This document shows positions 11,197 through 20,795 of a stretch of 64,000 nt of DNA, piece after piece. The notes under the pieces were generated by a model. That model saw only the letters and a program-made list of their open reading frames with translations. It made no database searches and was not told the DNA's origin. The first letter of the stretch is position 1, and each line of letters opens with the position of its first letter. Location: the NCBI GenBank assembly GCA_903879705.1, contig CAIRMO010000037.1, positions 3,698-67,697 on the forward strand, read 5' to 3'. Position numbers and translations under genes: made by a program. This stretch comes from an uncultured Candidatus Competibacteraceae bacterium (GTDB taxonomy: Bacteria > Pseudomonadota > Gammaproteobacteria > Competibacterales > Competibacteraceae).

Positions 11197-12542
11197 CTTC
11201 GCACTGCGGCGGCGAACATTGCGCCACGCTCCTCATAGCCGCTGAACATGTCAAAACTGGCGCAAGCCGGCGAGAGCAGGACGCTATCGCCCGGTTGGGC
11301 CAGTTCAGCGGCGACGGTCACCGCGCGATCCAGATTCGCCGCCGGATGCAGAGGAACGCTGTCGCCCAGCGCAGCGGCGATCAACGGCGCATCGCGACCG
11401 ATCAACACTACGGCCCGTGCCTTGCCGGCCAGCGCCGCCCGCAGCGGGGTGAAATCCTGATTTTTGCCATCGCCGCCGGCGATCAACACGATCTGACCGG
11501 GCAAGCCGCGCACGGCTGCCACCGTCGCCCCGACATTAGTGCCCTTGGAATCGTCGAACCAGCGCACCCCATCCCGGTCCAGCACCAGTGCGGTGCGATG
11601 CGCCAGTCCGGTAAATTCGCGCAACGCCACGAGCATTCCTTCCCGCTGCCAGCCGAGCGCCTGCCCCATCGCCAGCGCCGCCAGCGCATTAGCCCAATTG
11701 TGATCACCGCTGATCTTCAGTTCCGCAGCCGCGATCCAGCGTTCTCGACCGTAAGCCAGCCAGGTTTCACCGTCGGCCCGGCGCAGGCCGAATTCACCCG
11801 CAGCCGGCTCCGCCAGGGTAAAACGCCGCACGTCCCGACCCGGTTCCACCATCGTCATGACTACCCGATCGTCAGCGTTAATCACCAACGCGCCATCGCC
11901 CCGGAAAATCCGCTGCTTGGCGGCGATGTAGTCGTCGAGGTGGTCGTAGCGATCCAGGTGATCGGGACTGATATTGAGAACCGTCGCCACTCGTGCGTTC
12001 AGGCTATGTGTGGTTTCCAGTTGGAAGCTGGACAGTTCCAGCACATAGCAGTCAGGAGCGCTACCCGCGTTCCGTTCCTGCTGCAACCAGAGATCGAGCG
12101 CCGGTTCACCGAGATTGCCGCCCACCGCCGCCCGCACGCCCGCACGCTCCGCCATCAAACCCAGCAGCGTGGTCACCGTGCTTTTGCCATTGGAACCGGT
12201 AATTGCGGCAATCGGCGCCGAGGTCAACCGGGCCAGCAATTCGATGTCGCCCCAGATCGGAATACCGTGCGCCGCCGCTTCTGCAATTGCCGGGGTCTGG
12301 ACTGAAACGCCGGGACTGACCAGTAACCGGGAAGCCGTAGCGAAAGCGGCGGGATCAAAGCCGCCCAGAAACAGGGGCGCGTCAGGACACTCGGCTTGCA
12401 GCGCCGCCAGCCCCGGCGGATCGGTCCGGCTATCGGTCACGGCGAAATCCGCGCCCAGCGTTTTCAATGTCCGTGCAACCGACAGCCCACTTTTGCCCAG
12501 ACCGACCACCAGCGTGATCCCTGCCATATCCTGTTGCTGCAT
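11181..12542 (-). CDS. murD: UDP-N-acetylmuramoylalanine--D-glutamate ligase
   Basis: 453 aa with VVGLGKSGLS and ITGSNGKSTVT Mur ligase motifs. Confidence 0.92.
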   Translation of the reverse strand: MQQQDMAGITLVVGLGKSGLSVARTLKTLGADFAVTDSRTDPPGLAALQAECPDAPLFLGGFDPAAFATASRLLVSPGVSVQTPAIAEAAAHGIPIWGDIELLARLTSAPIAAITGSNGKSTVTTLLGLMAERAGVRAAVGGNLGEPALDLWLQQERNAGSAPDCYVLELSSFQLETTHSLNARVATVLNISPDHLDRYDHLDDYIAAKQRIFRGDGALVINADDRVVMTMVEPGRDVRRFTLAEPAAGEFGLRRADGETWLAYGRERWIAAAELKISGDHNWANALAALAMGQALGWQREGMLVALREFTGLAHRTALVLDRDGVRWFDDSKGTNVGATVAAVRGLPGQIVLIAGGDGKNQDFTPLRAALAGKARAVVLIGRDAPLIAAALGDSVPLHPAANLDRAVTVAAELAQPGDSVLLSPACASFDMFSGYEERGAMFAAAVRRWAGC

Positions 12543-12564
12543 GAATTTTTAACCTTTTAACCCT

Positions 12565-13650
12565 TCACCTGATTTTCAACGTCGCCAGCCCGATCAGCAC
12601 CAGCATGATGGTGATAATCCAGAACCGGACGATCACGCGCGGCTCCGGCCAGCCTTTCAGTTCAAAGTGGTGGTGCAACGGAGCCATGCGGAAGATGCGC
12701 CGGCCCGTGAGCTTGAACGAAGCCACTTGCAGAATCACCGATACGGTTTCCATCACGAACACTCCGCCCATGACGAACAGCACCAGCTCCTGCCGCACCG
12801 CAACGGCGACGATGCCCAACGCCGCGCCCAGCGCCAGCGCCCCGACATCGCCCATAAACACCTGAGCGGGATAGGTATTGAACCAGAGAAAGCCCAGCCC
12901 GGAGCCGACCAGCGCCCCGCAGAACACGATCAGTTCACCACTCCCCGGCACATGCGGAATGCCCAGATAGTCGGCGAAGATGCGGTTACCCGCGGCATAA
13001 GAGAACACCGCCAGCGCGGCGGACACCATGGCCGTCGGCACAATCGCCAGCCCGTCCAGTCCATCGGTGAGATTGACGGCGTTGCTGGAGCCGACGATCA
13101 CGAGGTAGGTCAGCGGGATGAACAGCCAGCCCAGGTTGATCGCCACGGTTTTGAAAAACGGCACGATCAGTTGCGTTTCCACCGGAGTTTGGGCGGTGAA
13201 ATACAGCAGCAACGCCGCCGTCAGCCCGATGCCGGATTGCCACGAATACTTGGCTCGCGCTGATAATCCCCTGGAATTGCGCAGAATCAGTTTCTTGTAA
13301 TCGTCGGCCCAACCGATGACGCCAAACGCCAGCGTGGTCAGCAACACGATCCAGACATAGCGGTTGCGCGGATCGGCCCACAGCAGGGTAGCGATCGTAA
13401 TCGCGATCAGAATCAGCGCCCCACCCATGGTGGGTGTACCGGCTTTGGCAAAATGACTCTGTGGACCATCTTCACGGATGTGCTGGCCGATCTGATCGCG
13501 GCGCAACCGCCGGATCATGGCCGGTCCGACCAGCAGTGAAATCGATAGCGCGGTAAGAACGCCCAGAATCCCCCGCAAGGTCAGATATTGAAAGACGTTG
13601 AATCCCGTGTATAAATTCTCGGACAGCCATTCCGTCAGCAGCAGCAGCAT
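12565..13650 (-). CDS. mraY: Phospho-N-acetylmuramoyl-pentapeptide transferase
   Basis: 361 aa, 10-TM-like, with [13 protein letters not shown] and HHHFE motifs. Confidence 0.96.
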   Translation of the reverse strand: MLLLLTEWLSENLYTGFNVFQYLTLRGILGVLTALSISLLVGPAMIRRLRRDQIGQHIREDGPQSHFAKAGTPTMGGALILIAITIATLLWADPRNRYVWIVLLTTLAFGVIGWADDYKKLILRNSRGLSARAKYSWQSGIGLTAALLLYFTAQTPVETQLIVPFFKTVAINLGWLFIPLTYLVIVGSSNAVNLTDGLDGLAIVPTAMVSAALAVFSYAAGNRIFADYLGIPHVPGSGELIVFCGALVGSGLGFLWFNTYPAQVFMGDVGALALGAALGIVAVAVRQELVLFVMGGVFVMETVSVILQVASFKLTGRRIFRMAPLHHHFELKGWPEPRVIVRFWIITIMLVLIGLATLKIR

Positions 13651-15041
13651 CAGCCGTGTCCCTCCAGGCTGGCGGCCAGTGACCCGGCATCCACCAAAGC
13701 CGCTACCACCCGCTCCATGCGCATCCCCCGCGACCCCTTAATCAACACCGCTGGCGCTTCACCGTCGTCTTGAAGATCGCCGTACAAGCCGGCAATCAGC
13801 GCGTCCACCTCAGTAAAATGCGTTCCACCCACCCCAAAGGCCATTGCCGCCGCCCGGCTGTGTTCGCCCAGAGCGTAGAGCCGGGCAAAACCGGCGGCCC
13901 GCGCAAAACGCCCGGATTCAGCGTGGAGTTCCGCGGCGGTCGGCCCCAGTTCGCGCATGTCGCCCAACACCAGCCACTTGCCGCCCGGATCGGCTCCGAC
14001 CGTTTGCATTGCCGCCGCCAATGAAGCTGGATTGGCGTTGTAGGCGTCATGAATCACTGCCCCGCCATGTCGACCCGGCAAGCGCTGCAACCGCCCGCTG
14101 ACCCCGCGCAAACTTTCCAGCCCCTCGCTAATTTCGGTCAGCGTTGCCCCGACCGCCAGCGCCGCTGCTGCCGCCGCCAAGGCATTGCGGACGTTGTGCC
14201 GACCCGGCAGCGGTAGCCGCACCTCAATCTCGCCCACCGGGCTGATGAGCCGGAACCGGCGGTCCGCCGTGTCCAGAAGCTTGCCGCTCACTGCCGCCGG
14301 TTGGTCCAGACCAAAATCCACGATCCGCCGGCCCGGATTCAGACGGGCCCAATACTCGGCATAAGGATCGTCGCGGTTGATGATCGCGGTACCGCCGGGC
14401 GCCAATCCCTGAAACAGCTCGCCCTTGGCCCGCGCCACTCCGACCACATCGCCGAAGCCTTCCAGATGACAGGGTCCGGCATTGTTAATGATTGCGACAT
14501 CGGGCTGCGCCAAGCCGGTTAGATAGGCAATCTCGCCGGGATGATTGGCCCCCAGCTCGATCACCGCATAAGCATGTTCCGCCCGCAGCCGCAGCAAGGT
14601 CAGCGGGACGCCGAGATCATTGTTGAGGTTGCCCGCGGTAGCCAGGGTCGAGCCGCGCCCGCGCAAAATGGCCGCAATCATTTCCTTGAGCGTGGTCTTG
14701 CCGTTGCTGCCGGTCAGGGCGATCAACGGCCCGGTGAAGCGTGCCCGCCATGCTGCGCCCAATCGGCCCAGCGCCAGTCGGGTATCCGCCACCCGGATTT
14801 GCGGCAACGGATCAGCAACCCGGCGGTTGACCAGCGCCGCCACTGCGCCCCGCTCACGCGCGGCGGGAATGAAGTCGTGACCGTCGAAATTCGGACCGGT
14901 CAGCGCCACGAACAGCGCCCCGGCGGGCAGACGGCGACTGTCAATCTCGACCCCGGCAACAGCAGCGTCAGGGCCAATCCGTTCGCTCTCCAGCAACCGG
15001 GCGATGTCCCGCAACCACGGGGATGAAAAGGCATCGGTCAT
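13650..15041 (-). CDS. murF: UDP-N-acetylmuramoyl-tripeptide--D-alanyl-D-alanine ligase
   Basis: 463 aa with LTGSNGKTT. Its stop overlaps the mraY start (TGATG). Confidence 0.9.
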   Translation of the reverse strand: MTDAFSSPWLRDIARLLESERIGPDAAVAGVEIDSRRLPAGALFVALTGPNFDGHDFIPAARERGAVAALVNRRVADPLPQIRVADTRLALGRLGAAWRARFTGPLIALTGSNGKTTLKEMIAAILRGRGSTLATAGNLNNDLGVPLTLLRLRAEHAYAVIELGANHPGEIAYLTGLAQPDVAIINNAGPCHLEGFGDVVGVARAKGELFQGLAPGGTAIINRDDPYAEYWARLNPGRRIVDFGLDQPAAVSGKLLDTADRRFRLISPVGEIEVRLPLPGRHNVRNALAAAAAALAVGATLTEISEGLESLRGVSGRLQRLPGRHGGAVIHDAYNANPASLAAAMQTVGADPGGKWLVLGDMRELGPTAAELHAESGRFARAAGFARLYALGEHSRAAAMAFGVGGTHFTEVDALIAGLYGDLQDDGEAPAVLIKGSRGMRMERVVAALVDAGSLAASLEGHG

Positions 15042-15044
15042 TAG

Positions 15045-16577
15045 TTATTGCAATCCTTGTTGTATTGGATGAGCCCTTGCGGACAAAAACTCGCGGGCGA
15101 TGGCCCGGTCGCTGAACGGCAACCGCTCCGCACCAACAATCTGATAATCCTCGTGGCCCTTGCCGGCGATCAGCACCGTATCGCCGCCGCCAGCCTCGGC
15201 CAGCGCCTGCCCAATCGCCTGCCGCCGATCATGGATCACAAGGGCGGCGTCGGGATGGCGCATTCCCGCCTGAATCGAGGCAATAATCTGTTGCGGGTCT
15301 TCGGTGCGCGGGTTGTCGTCGGTGACGATCACCCGGTCGGCCAACCGCTCAGCAATAGCACCCATCAGCGGGCGCTTGCCAGCATCCCGGTCGCCGCCGC
15401 AGCCAAACACGCACCACAACCGCCCGCCGCCCTGGTCGCGCAACGCGGTCAGGGCCTGTTCCAGCGCATGGGGGGTGTGGGCGTAATCGATCACGACCAG
15501 CGGCTGATCCGGCCCACCGCCGATCCGCTCCATGCGTCCGGGTGCGGGCGCGGTTTGGGCCAACCGGGCCAGCGCCTCAGCCAATGGCAGCTCCAGCGCC
15601 AGCAGGGTTGCCAGCGTCGCCAGCAGATTGCTCGCGTTGAAGCGGCCGGAGAGGCAGGTCGATAACGCGCCATCGCCCCAGGTGGAATGCACCTGCATCC
15701 GCAATCCGGCGGGGGTCAATTCCAGCCGCTCACCCCATACGAACCGCTCCAATCGTTCCGGGCGTTCGCCCAGGCCATAGGCGATGATCGGCGCACAGCC
15801 TTGCGCCTCGGCAGCGAGCCGGCGTCCAAAAGCGTCGTCCTGATTCAAGACCGCCCAGCCCGGTTGATGATCGATAAACAGCCGGCGCTTAGCGGACGCA
15901 TACGCCTCGACCGTGCCGTGGTAGTCCAGATGATCGCGGCTCAATTGGGTCAGCGCAGCGACGGCGAACGTCACCCCGCTCACCCGGCCCTGATCGAGGG
16001 CATGGGACGAGACCTCCATCGCCGCGTACCGTCGGCCCGTTGCGGTCAGTCCCGCCAGCCAGTGTTGCACCGCCAGCGGATCGGGGGTGGTATGCAGCGA
16101 AGGTTCGGTTTGCCCATACACGCCGCCGCCCAGCGTCCCCAGCAGCCCACAGGGACCGGCGGTCGCATCGCTCAGCGCCTGGGCAATAAAGTGGGCGCAG
16201 GACGTTTTGCCATCGGTGCCGGTAATACCCACCACGGCCAGTTGCCGGGAAGGTTCACCGTAAAACCGGCTGGCGATCAGGCCCAGATTCCGGCGCAACT
16301 CCGGCGCAGCCAGCAGCGGCAAGCCACAGTCGCCGACCGGGAACCAGCCCTCATCGGGCGGCTCCCAGACCACTGCCGCCGCCCGCGCCGCCCGCGCCGC
16401 GTCCAGAAATTCCAGTCCATGCCGTTGCCCGCCACGCCGGGCGAAAAACAGGTCGCCCGGCTGCACGGTCCGGCTGTCGGCGGACAACCCGCTAACCGGA
16501 CGGTCGGCCCACTGCGCCGGAATATCCGCAAAGCCCGCCAGCAACCGGCCCAGAGGCAACGGAACCGCCCGGTTCAC
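15045..16577 (-). CDS. murE: UDP-N-acetylmuramoyl-L-alanyl-D-glutamate--2,6-diaminopimelate ligase
   Basis: 510 aa with GITGTDGKTS, and DDNPRTE (DNPR motif associated with meso-DAP-adding MurE). Confidence 0.92.
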   Translation of the reverse strand: MNRAVPLPLGRLLAGFADIPAQWADRPVSGLSADSRTVQPGDLFFARRGGQRHGLEFLDAARAARAAAVVWEPPDEGWFPVGDCGLPLLAAPELRRNLGLIASRFYGEPSRQLAVVGITGTDGKTSCAHFIAQALSDATAGPCGLLGTLGGGVYGQTEPSLHTTPDPLAVQHWLAGLTATGRRYAAMEVSSHALDQGRVSGVTFAVAALTQLSRDHLDYHGTVEAYASAKRRLFIDHQPGWAVLNQDDAFGRRLAAEAQGCAPIIAYGLGERPERLERFVWGERLELTPAGLRMQVHSTWGDGALSTCLSGRFNASNLLATLATLLALELPLAEALARLAQTAPAPGRMERIGGGPDQPLVVIDYAHTPHALEQALTALRDQGGGRLWCVFGCGGDRDAGKRPLMGAIAERLADRVIVTDDNPRTEDPQQIIASIQAGMRHPDAALVIHDRRQAIGQALAEAGGGDTVLIAGKGHEDYQIVGAERLPFSDRAIAREFLSARAHPIQQGLQ

Positions 16578-18361
16578 GGCGTGGTTCCCGGCGGCGGCGA
16601 TCCGGCGATCTTCATGCTCGGCATGTCGTCCGGGGTGATGTTCAGAATCCGCAGCGCCTCGCCCATCGTTTCGCCAAATACCGGCGCCGCCACCGCCCCG
16701 CCGTAGTACGCGCCGCCCTTGGGTTCATCGATGATGATCACCATCACCAGCCGGGGCTGGCTGGCGGGAACCATGCCCGCGAACAGCGAAAAGTAGCGAT
16801 TACTGGCATAACGACCGTTGACAATCTTGTGGACGGTGCCGGTCTTGCCTGCCACCCGGTAGCCGGGAACGCCCGCCTTAGCCCCGGTGCCTTGTTTGCT
16901 GACCGCCAGCTCCAGCATCGTGCGCACCTGCCGCACCGTCTGCGCCGAGAGAATGCGCTGCTCCGTGGCGGGGTCCAGCGGTTGCTGGCGTTTGATCAGG
17001 GTCAGTGGCCGCTTCACCCCATCCGCCGCCAGCACCCCGTAGGCTTGAGCCAGTTGCAGCATATTGATCGACAGTCCATAACCAAAAGAATGATTGGCGT
17101 GGCCGATCTCGCCGCCCCACTTGCTGAAATGGTGGAGAACGCCGGGTTGCTCACCGGACAGGCTCAGCCCGCTCAGCGCGCCGAAGCCCACGTCCTTGTA
17201 CAGCTTCCACAGCCGCTCCATCGGCATCGAAAACGCGATCTTGGTGGTGCCGATATTGCTGGATTTGCTGATGACGTGGGTGACATCGATGATGCCGTAG
17301 CTATGAGTATCGCGCACCCAGTAACGGCCCACCCGCAGCGGCCCCCGGGTATCCACGAGCGTTGTGGGTGTCCACTTGCCACTCTCCAGCGCCAGGCTGA
17401 TGGTGAAGGGCTTCATGGTCGAGCCGGGTTCGTAGACATCAGTCACTGCCCGGTTCCGGAGCAAATCACCCTGCAACTCGTTGCGGTTATTGGGATTGCC
17501 GGCGGGCTGATCGACCATCGCCAGAATCTCGCCGGTGCGGACATCGAGCATCACCGCCGATCCGGCATCGGCCTTGTTTTCCAGCACCGCCGCCTTGAGT
17601 GCGCGATAGGCCAGATACTGCAAGCGCCGGTCGATGCTCAGCGTCAGCCGCTGGCCCGGTTGTGGCAACCGGAGATTTTCGACCTCCTCGACGATGTGAC
17701 CCAGCCGATCCTTGATGACCCGTTTCTGACCAGGGACGCCGCGCAATTGGCTGTCAAACGCCTTTTCCAGCCCTTCCTGGCCGGCGTCGTCAATGTCGGT
17801 AAAACCCAGCAAGTGCGAAGTCACCTCAGCGTCCGGGTAATAGCGGCGGTATTCGCGTTGGGCATACACACCCGGAATTTTAAGTTGCAGGATTTGCTGG
17901 GCCGCGCTGGGAGACAGATGCCGACGCAGATAAATGAACTGGCGGGTCTCTTTACCCGCCAGCTTCTGGTCCAGTTCGGCCAAGGTCAGACCTAACAGCG
18001 GTGCGAGAATCGGCCAGCGGTCGTGCTGTTGCAACAATTCCGCCGGTTGCGCCCAAATCGAATCCACCGGCGAACTGACCGCCAGTGACTCACCGTTGCG
18101 GTCCACGATCATCCCCCGGTGCGCGGGCGTCTCGACCACCCGCAGATAGCGCTCATCACCCCGATCCTGCAGGAAGTCTTTATGCAACAGTTGCAAATAC
18201 GCCGCCCGGGCTACCATGCCGCTGGCCGCAAGGAACAGCAACGCCAGCGCCAGCCGGTGGCGCGTCATGGTGTGGAGCCACGCCTGCGTTTTACGCCACA
18301 GCGAATCCGGTGGGGCAGGTGAAACGGTTTTGTTTATGGGTTTTTTCATGGAGTAATTCAT
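16574..18361 (-). CDS. ftsI: Peptidoglycan D,D-transpeptidase FtsI (PBP3)
   Basis: ORF trimmed to ATG 18361 (MNYSMKKP...), which overlaps the ftsL stop as ATGA. Contains the SxxK (STMKP), SSN and KTGT motifs. Confidence 0.92.
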   Translation of the reverse strand: MNYSMKKPINKTVSPAPPDSLWRKTQAWLHTMTRHRLALALLFLAASGMVARAAYLQLLHKDFLQDRGDERYLRVVETPAHRGMIVDRNGESLAVSSPVDSIWAQPAELLQQHDRWPILAPLLGLTLAELDQKLAGKETRQFIYLRRHLSPSAAQQILQLKIPGVYAQREYRRYYPDAEVTSHLLGFTDIDDAGQEGLEKAFDSQLRGVPGQKRVIKDRLGHIVEEVENLRLPQPGQRLTLSIDRRLQYLAYRALKAAVLENKADAGSAVMLDVRTGEILAMVDQPAGNPNNRNELQGDLLRNRAVTDVYEPGSTMKPFTISLALESGKWTPTTLVDTRGPLRVGRYWVRDTHSYGIIDVTHVISKSSNIGTTKIAFSMPMERLWKLYKDVGFGALSGLSLSGEQPGVLHHFSKWGGEIGHANHSFGYGLSINMLQLAQAYGVLAADGVKRPLTLIKRQQPLDPATEQRILSAQTVRQVRTMLELAVSKQGTGAKAGVPGYRVAGKTGTVHKIVNGRYASNRYFSLFAGMVPASQPRLVMVIIIDEPKGGAYYGGAVAAPVFGETMGEALRILNITPDDMPSMKIAGSPPPGTTP

Positions 18362-18627
18362 GGCGCGATGTAGAGAACCTCGCCCGGGTCGGGGGTCCGC
18401 ATGTTCAGGCGCGTCCGGGCGATTTGCTGGATGGCAATGTTGGTGACCAGCGTGCTTTGCTCCAATTGCAACAGTTCCCACTCAATGTCGATGCCATCCC
18501 GTGCGGTCTGGATAGTTTGCAGGCGGATGAACTGTTGCCGGTTGACGTGGTGAACGTAGACCACCCCCAAGCCCGATCCCATCGCCATGATCGTCAACAG
18601 CGCGATCAGCAGGGTTTGGCTTTTCAT
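18358..18627 (-). CDS. ftsL: Cell division protein FtsL
   Basis: 89 aa bitopic protein (TM LLIALLTIMAMGSGLGVVYV) between rsmH and ftsI. Called on position and topology. Confidence 0.75.
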   Translation of the reverse strand: MKSQTLLIALLTIMAMGSGLGVVYVHHVNRQQFIRLQTIQTARDGIDIEWELLQLEQSTLVTNIAIQQIARTRLNMRTPDPGEVLYIAP

Positions 18628-19556
18628 TCCAGCCGTTCCGCAATCCGCAACAGTGCGCTGCGGGCGCGGGGATTGGCGGCGATTTCGGCAGCGCCGGGCC
18701 GGATCGCCCGCCCGATCAGCCGCAGGGTCATGCCTTGCGGCGCACCCATAACAGGCAAACCCAGCGGCAGTTCCTGGCCGTGCGCCTGCTCCCGCATGAA
18801 CCGCTTCACTCGTCGATCCTCCAGGGAATGAAAACTGATTACCGTTAACCGACCGCCGGTTTTGAGTACCGTGACCGCTTGCGGCAAGACAGCCGCCAGT
18901 TCGACTAACTCGTCATTGATCGCGATGCGGATGGCCTGAAAGGCGCGGGTAGCCGGATGCTGACCGGATTCGCGGGTCGGCACCGCCGCGGCGATGAGGG
19001 CTGCCAGTTGCGCGGTCGTCGTCACCGGTCCCTGTTGACGGGCGGCGATGATGGCGCGAGCCACTCGCCGGTGAAACCGCTCCTCCCCAAATTCCACCAG
19101 CACCTGATTCAACGCAGTTTCACTGATCCGGCTCAACCAATCGGCGGCGCTGATGCCGGTCACAGGATTCATCCGCATATCCAGCGGCCCATTCTGGCGG
19201 AAGCTGAAGCCGCGCTCCGGATCGTTCAACTGCGGCGATGACACGCCGAGATCGAGCAGGATGCCGTCCACCCGCCCCGCCCAGCCTTGCCTGGCGATGA
19301 TTTCCGCCAACCGGCTGAACGCTGCCTGCACGAAAGTAAACCGGGGATCGCCGCTAAATCGCCCTGCCGCCCAGCGCGCCGCGTCCGGGTCTCGATCCAG
19401 CGCCAATAATCGCCCCGATGGTCCGAGCCGTTCCAGGACCGCCGCCGCATGGCCGCCTCGACCGAACGTGCCGTCCACATAGACGCCGTCCGGGCGGAGG
19501 TTCAACGCCTCCTGCGTCTCGGCCAGCAACACCGGCAGATGCGTGTCCGTCGTCAT
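18624..19556 (-). CDS. rsmH: 16S rRNA (cytosine1402-N4)-methyltransferase
   Basis: 310 aa with HLPVLL, DGTFGRGGH and ISFHSLEDR motifs. Confidence 0.93.
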   Translation of the reverse strand: MTTDTHLPVLLAETQEALNLRPDGVYVDGTFGRGGHAAAVLERLGPSGRLLALDRDPDAARWAAGRFSGDPRFTFVQAAFSRLAEIIARQGWAGRVDGILLDLGVSSPQLNDPERGFSFRQNGPLDMRMNPVTGISAADWLSRISETALNQVLVEFGEERFHRRVARAIIAARQQGPVTTTAQLAALIAAAVPTRESGQHPATRAFQAIRIAINDELVELAAVLPQAVTVLKTGGRLTVISFHSLEDRRVKRFMREQAHGQELPLGLPVMGAPQGMTLRLIGRAIRPGAAEIAANPRARSALLRIAERLE

Positions 19557-19717
19557 AATTCAGAACACCAGCGAATCCAGATCGGACAGGGGTTTGCATT
19601 GTCTTTGCCATCGCTGGCCTGCAACGCTGCCTCGTCCTGCAACGGTTGACGATACCGGGCTGGTATCGAGAGCCGGCCCTTGCTGTCCAGCGACAGCCGA
19701 TTGATGCCCCGGAACAA
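19553..19717 (-). pseudogene. mraZ: mraZ remnant: 54-codon stub retaining only the first SpoVT/AbrB-like strand region
   Basis: Reading from TTG at 19717 gives (M)FRGINRLSLDSKGRLSIPARYRQPLQDEAALQ, the canonical MraZ N-terminus. It then diverges and stops on the rsmH ATG. Only about 160 nt are available where a full mraZ needs about 450 nt. Confidence 0.6.
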
Positions 19718-19748
19718 TGCCTTATACCTTATTGTGTACCGGGGCGCG

Positions 19749-19770
19749 GCCACGCCCCACTTTTCGCCAC
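19749..19770 (-). promoter_or_regulatory. GTGGC-N5-GTGGG-N2-GTGGC direct repeats (MraZ-box-like) just downstream of the -10
   Basis: The reverse strand reads aaGTGGCgaaaaGTGGGgcGTGGCc. The first two repeats have 10-bp phasing, like the GTGGG operator repeats described for E. coli MraZ. Confidence 0.35.
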
Positions 19771-19772
19771 TT

Positions 19773-19802
19773 ACTATAGGGAGGCGAACCGGTTGCTGTC
19801 AA
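19773..19802 (-). promoter_or_regulatory. Candidate sigma70 promoter of the dcw operon (Pmra-like)
   Basis: The reverse strand reads TTGACA (19802..19797), then an 18-nt spacer, then TATAGT (19778..19773), about 55 nt upstream of the mraZ stub start. Confidence 0.5.
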
Positions 19803-19977
19803 GAAAAGTCACGGAGCCGCTTTTTTAAAGCTATTCAAATACATAGCATTATATTCTAGGCGAAATTACCGTCGGCGACCGGGGACTCACAGGGACACGG
19901 TTTCGAGAACCTGGGACTGGAGCTTGTTGAAAATCTGCAACGAATGCGCAAAGGGTCCGGTCGCACGGAAGGTACTC

Positions 19978-20107
19978 ATACCAATTTCCAGTATGTTTTC
20001 GCACTCAGGTCTCCCGGGTTCCGTCATACCCGCTTTCGCGGGTATGACGAACGGGGTGGTGTTTGACCTGAAAAAGATAAAATCTATCGGGAACCGGTAT
20101 TACAACC
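19978..20107 (+). repeat. 130-bp MITE/REP-like intergenic repeat, copy B (perfect 12-bp hairpin CGTCATACCCGC-TTTC-GCGGGTATGACG)
   Basis: Aligns along its whole length with 7328..7457. It produces the spurious N-terminal extension of ORF 19924..20745. Confidence 0.8.
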
Positions 20108-20232
20108 CGCGCTGCCTTGTGAAAGCCACGGCAAGCAGGTACCTTGCACCCGCGCTGGCTAACCCGTTCCTTGCCGGGTGGTTCGCTGCCACTTTCCAGG
20201 CCTGTTCCCACCCACGACCCGCTCTTGACGCC

Positions 20233-20745
20233 ATGCGTGTGCTGTTTAATCTGTTTCTGGATATTTGCCTGTTCCGCAAGGGACCACAGGACGCGCCGGC
20301 GTCAACGGCACTGCTGAAAATGTGTCTTCTGGCCTATGGGCTGACCAGCCTGCTGGCGCTGCTGATTGGAACACCGGCACGGGTCGCCCTGCTGCAAATC
20401 CTGCTGGACATGGTGCTGTTGAGCGGTTTGCTTTATCTGGCGCTGATCCTGTACCGGCATCCCCGGCGTTTTGAGCAAACCCTGAGCGCCCTGACCGGCG
20501 TTGGTGCGCTGATGAGCCTGCTGGCGCTGCCGCTGATCGTCTGGATTGACCAGAAATCCCCGGAGGACGATGTGCAATTACCCGCGCTGCTGTTGCTGGC
20601 GCTGATGGCGTGGAGCATCGCGATTATGGCGCATATTCTGCGCTGCGCCTTCACTATCCCGATCTGGACGGGCGCGCTGTATGCGCTGGGCTATACCTTT
20701 CTATCCTGGATGCTGACGGGCTGGGTGGGAACCTCACCTGGCTGA
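20233..20745 (+). CDS. Hypothetical inner-membrane protein (about 5 TM)
   Basis: ORF 19924..20745 trimmed to ATG 20233, downstream of the repeat element. Hydrophobic helices throughout; no motif recognised. Confidence 0.55.
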   Translation: MRVLFNLFLDICLFRKGPQDAPASTALLKMCLLAYGLTSLLALLIGTPARVALLQILLDMVLLSGLLYLALILYRHPRRFEQTLSALTGVGALMSLLALPLIVWIDQKSPEDDVQLPALLLLALMAWSIAIMAHILRCAFTIPIWTGALYALGYTFLSWMLTGWVGTSPG

Positions 20746-20795
20746 TCGGGTCCCGACTAAACCGTTCCGCCGGCGGCTCCGGCGGGGAGAGTTTG

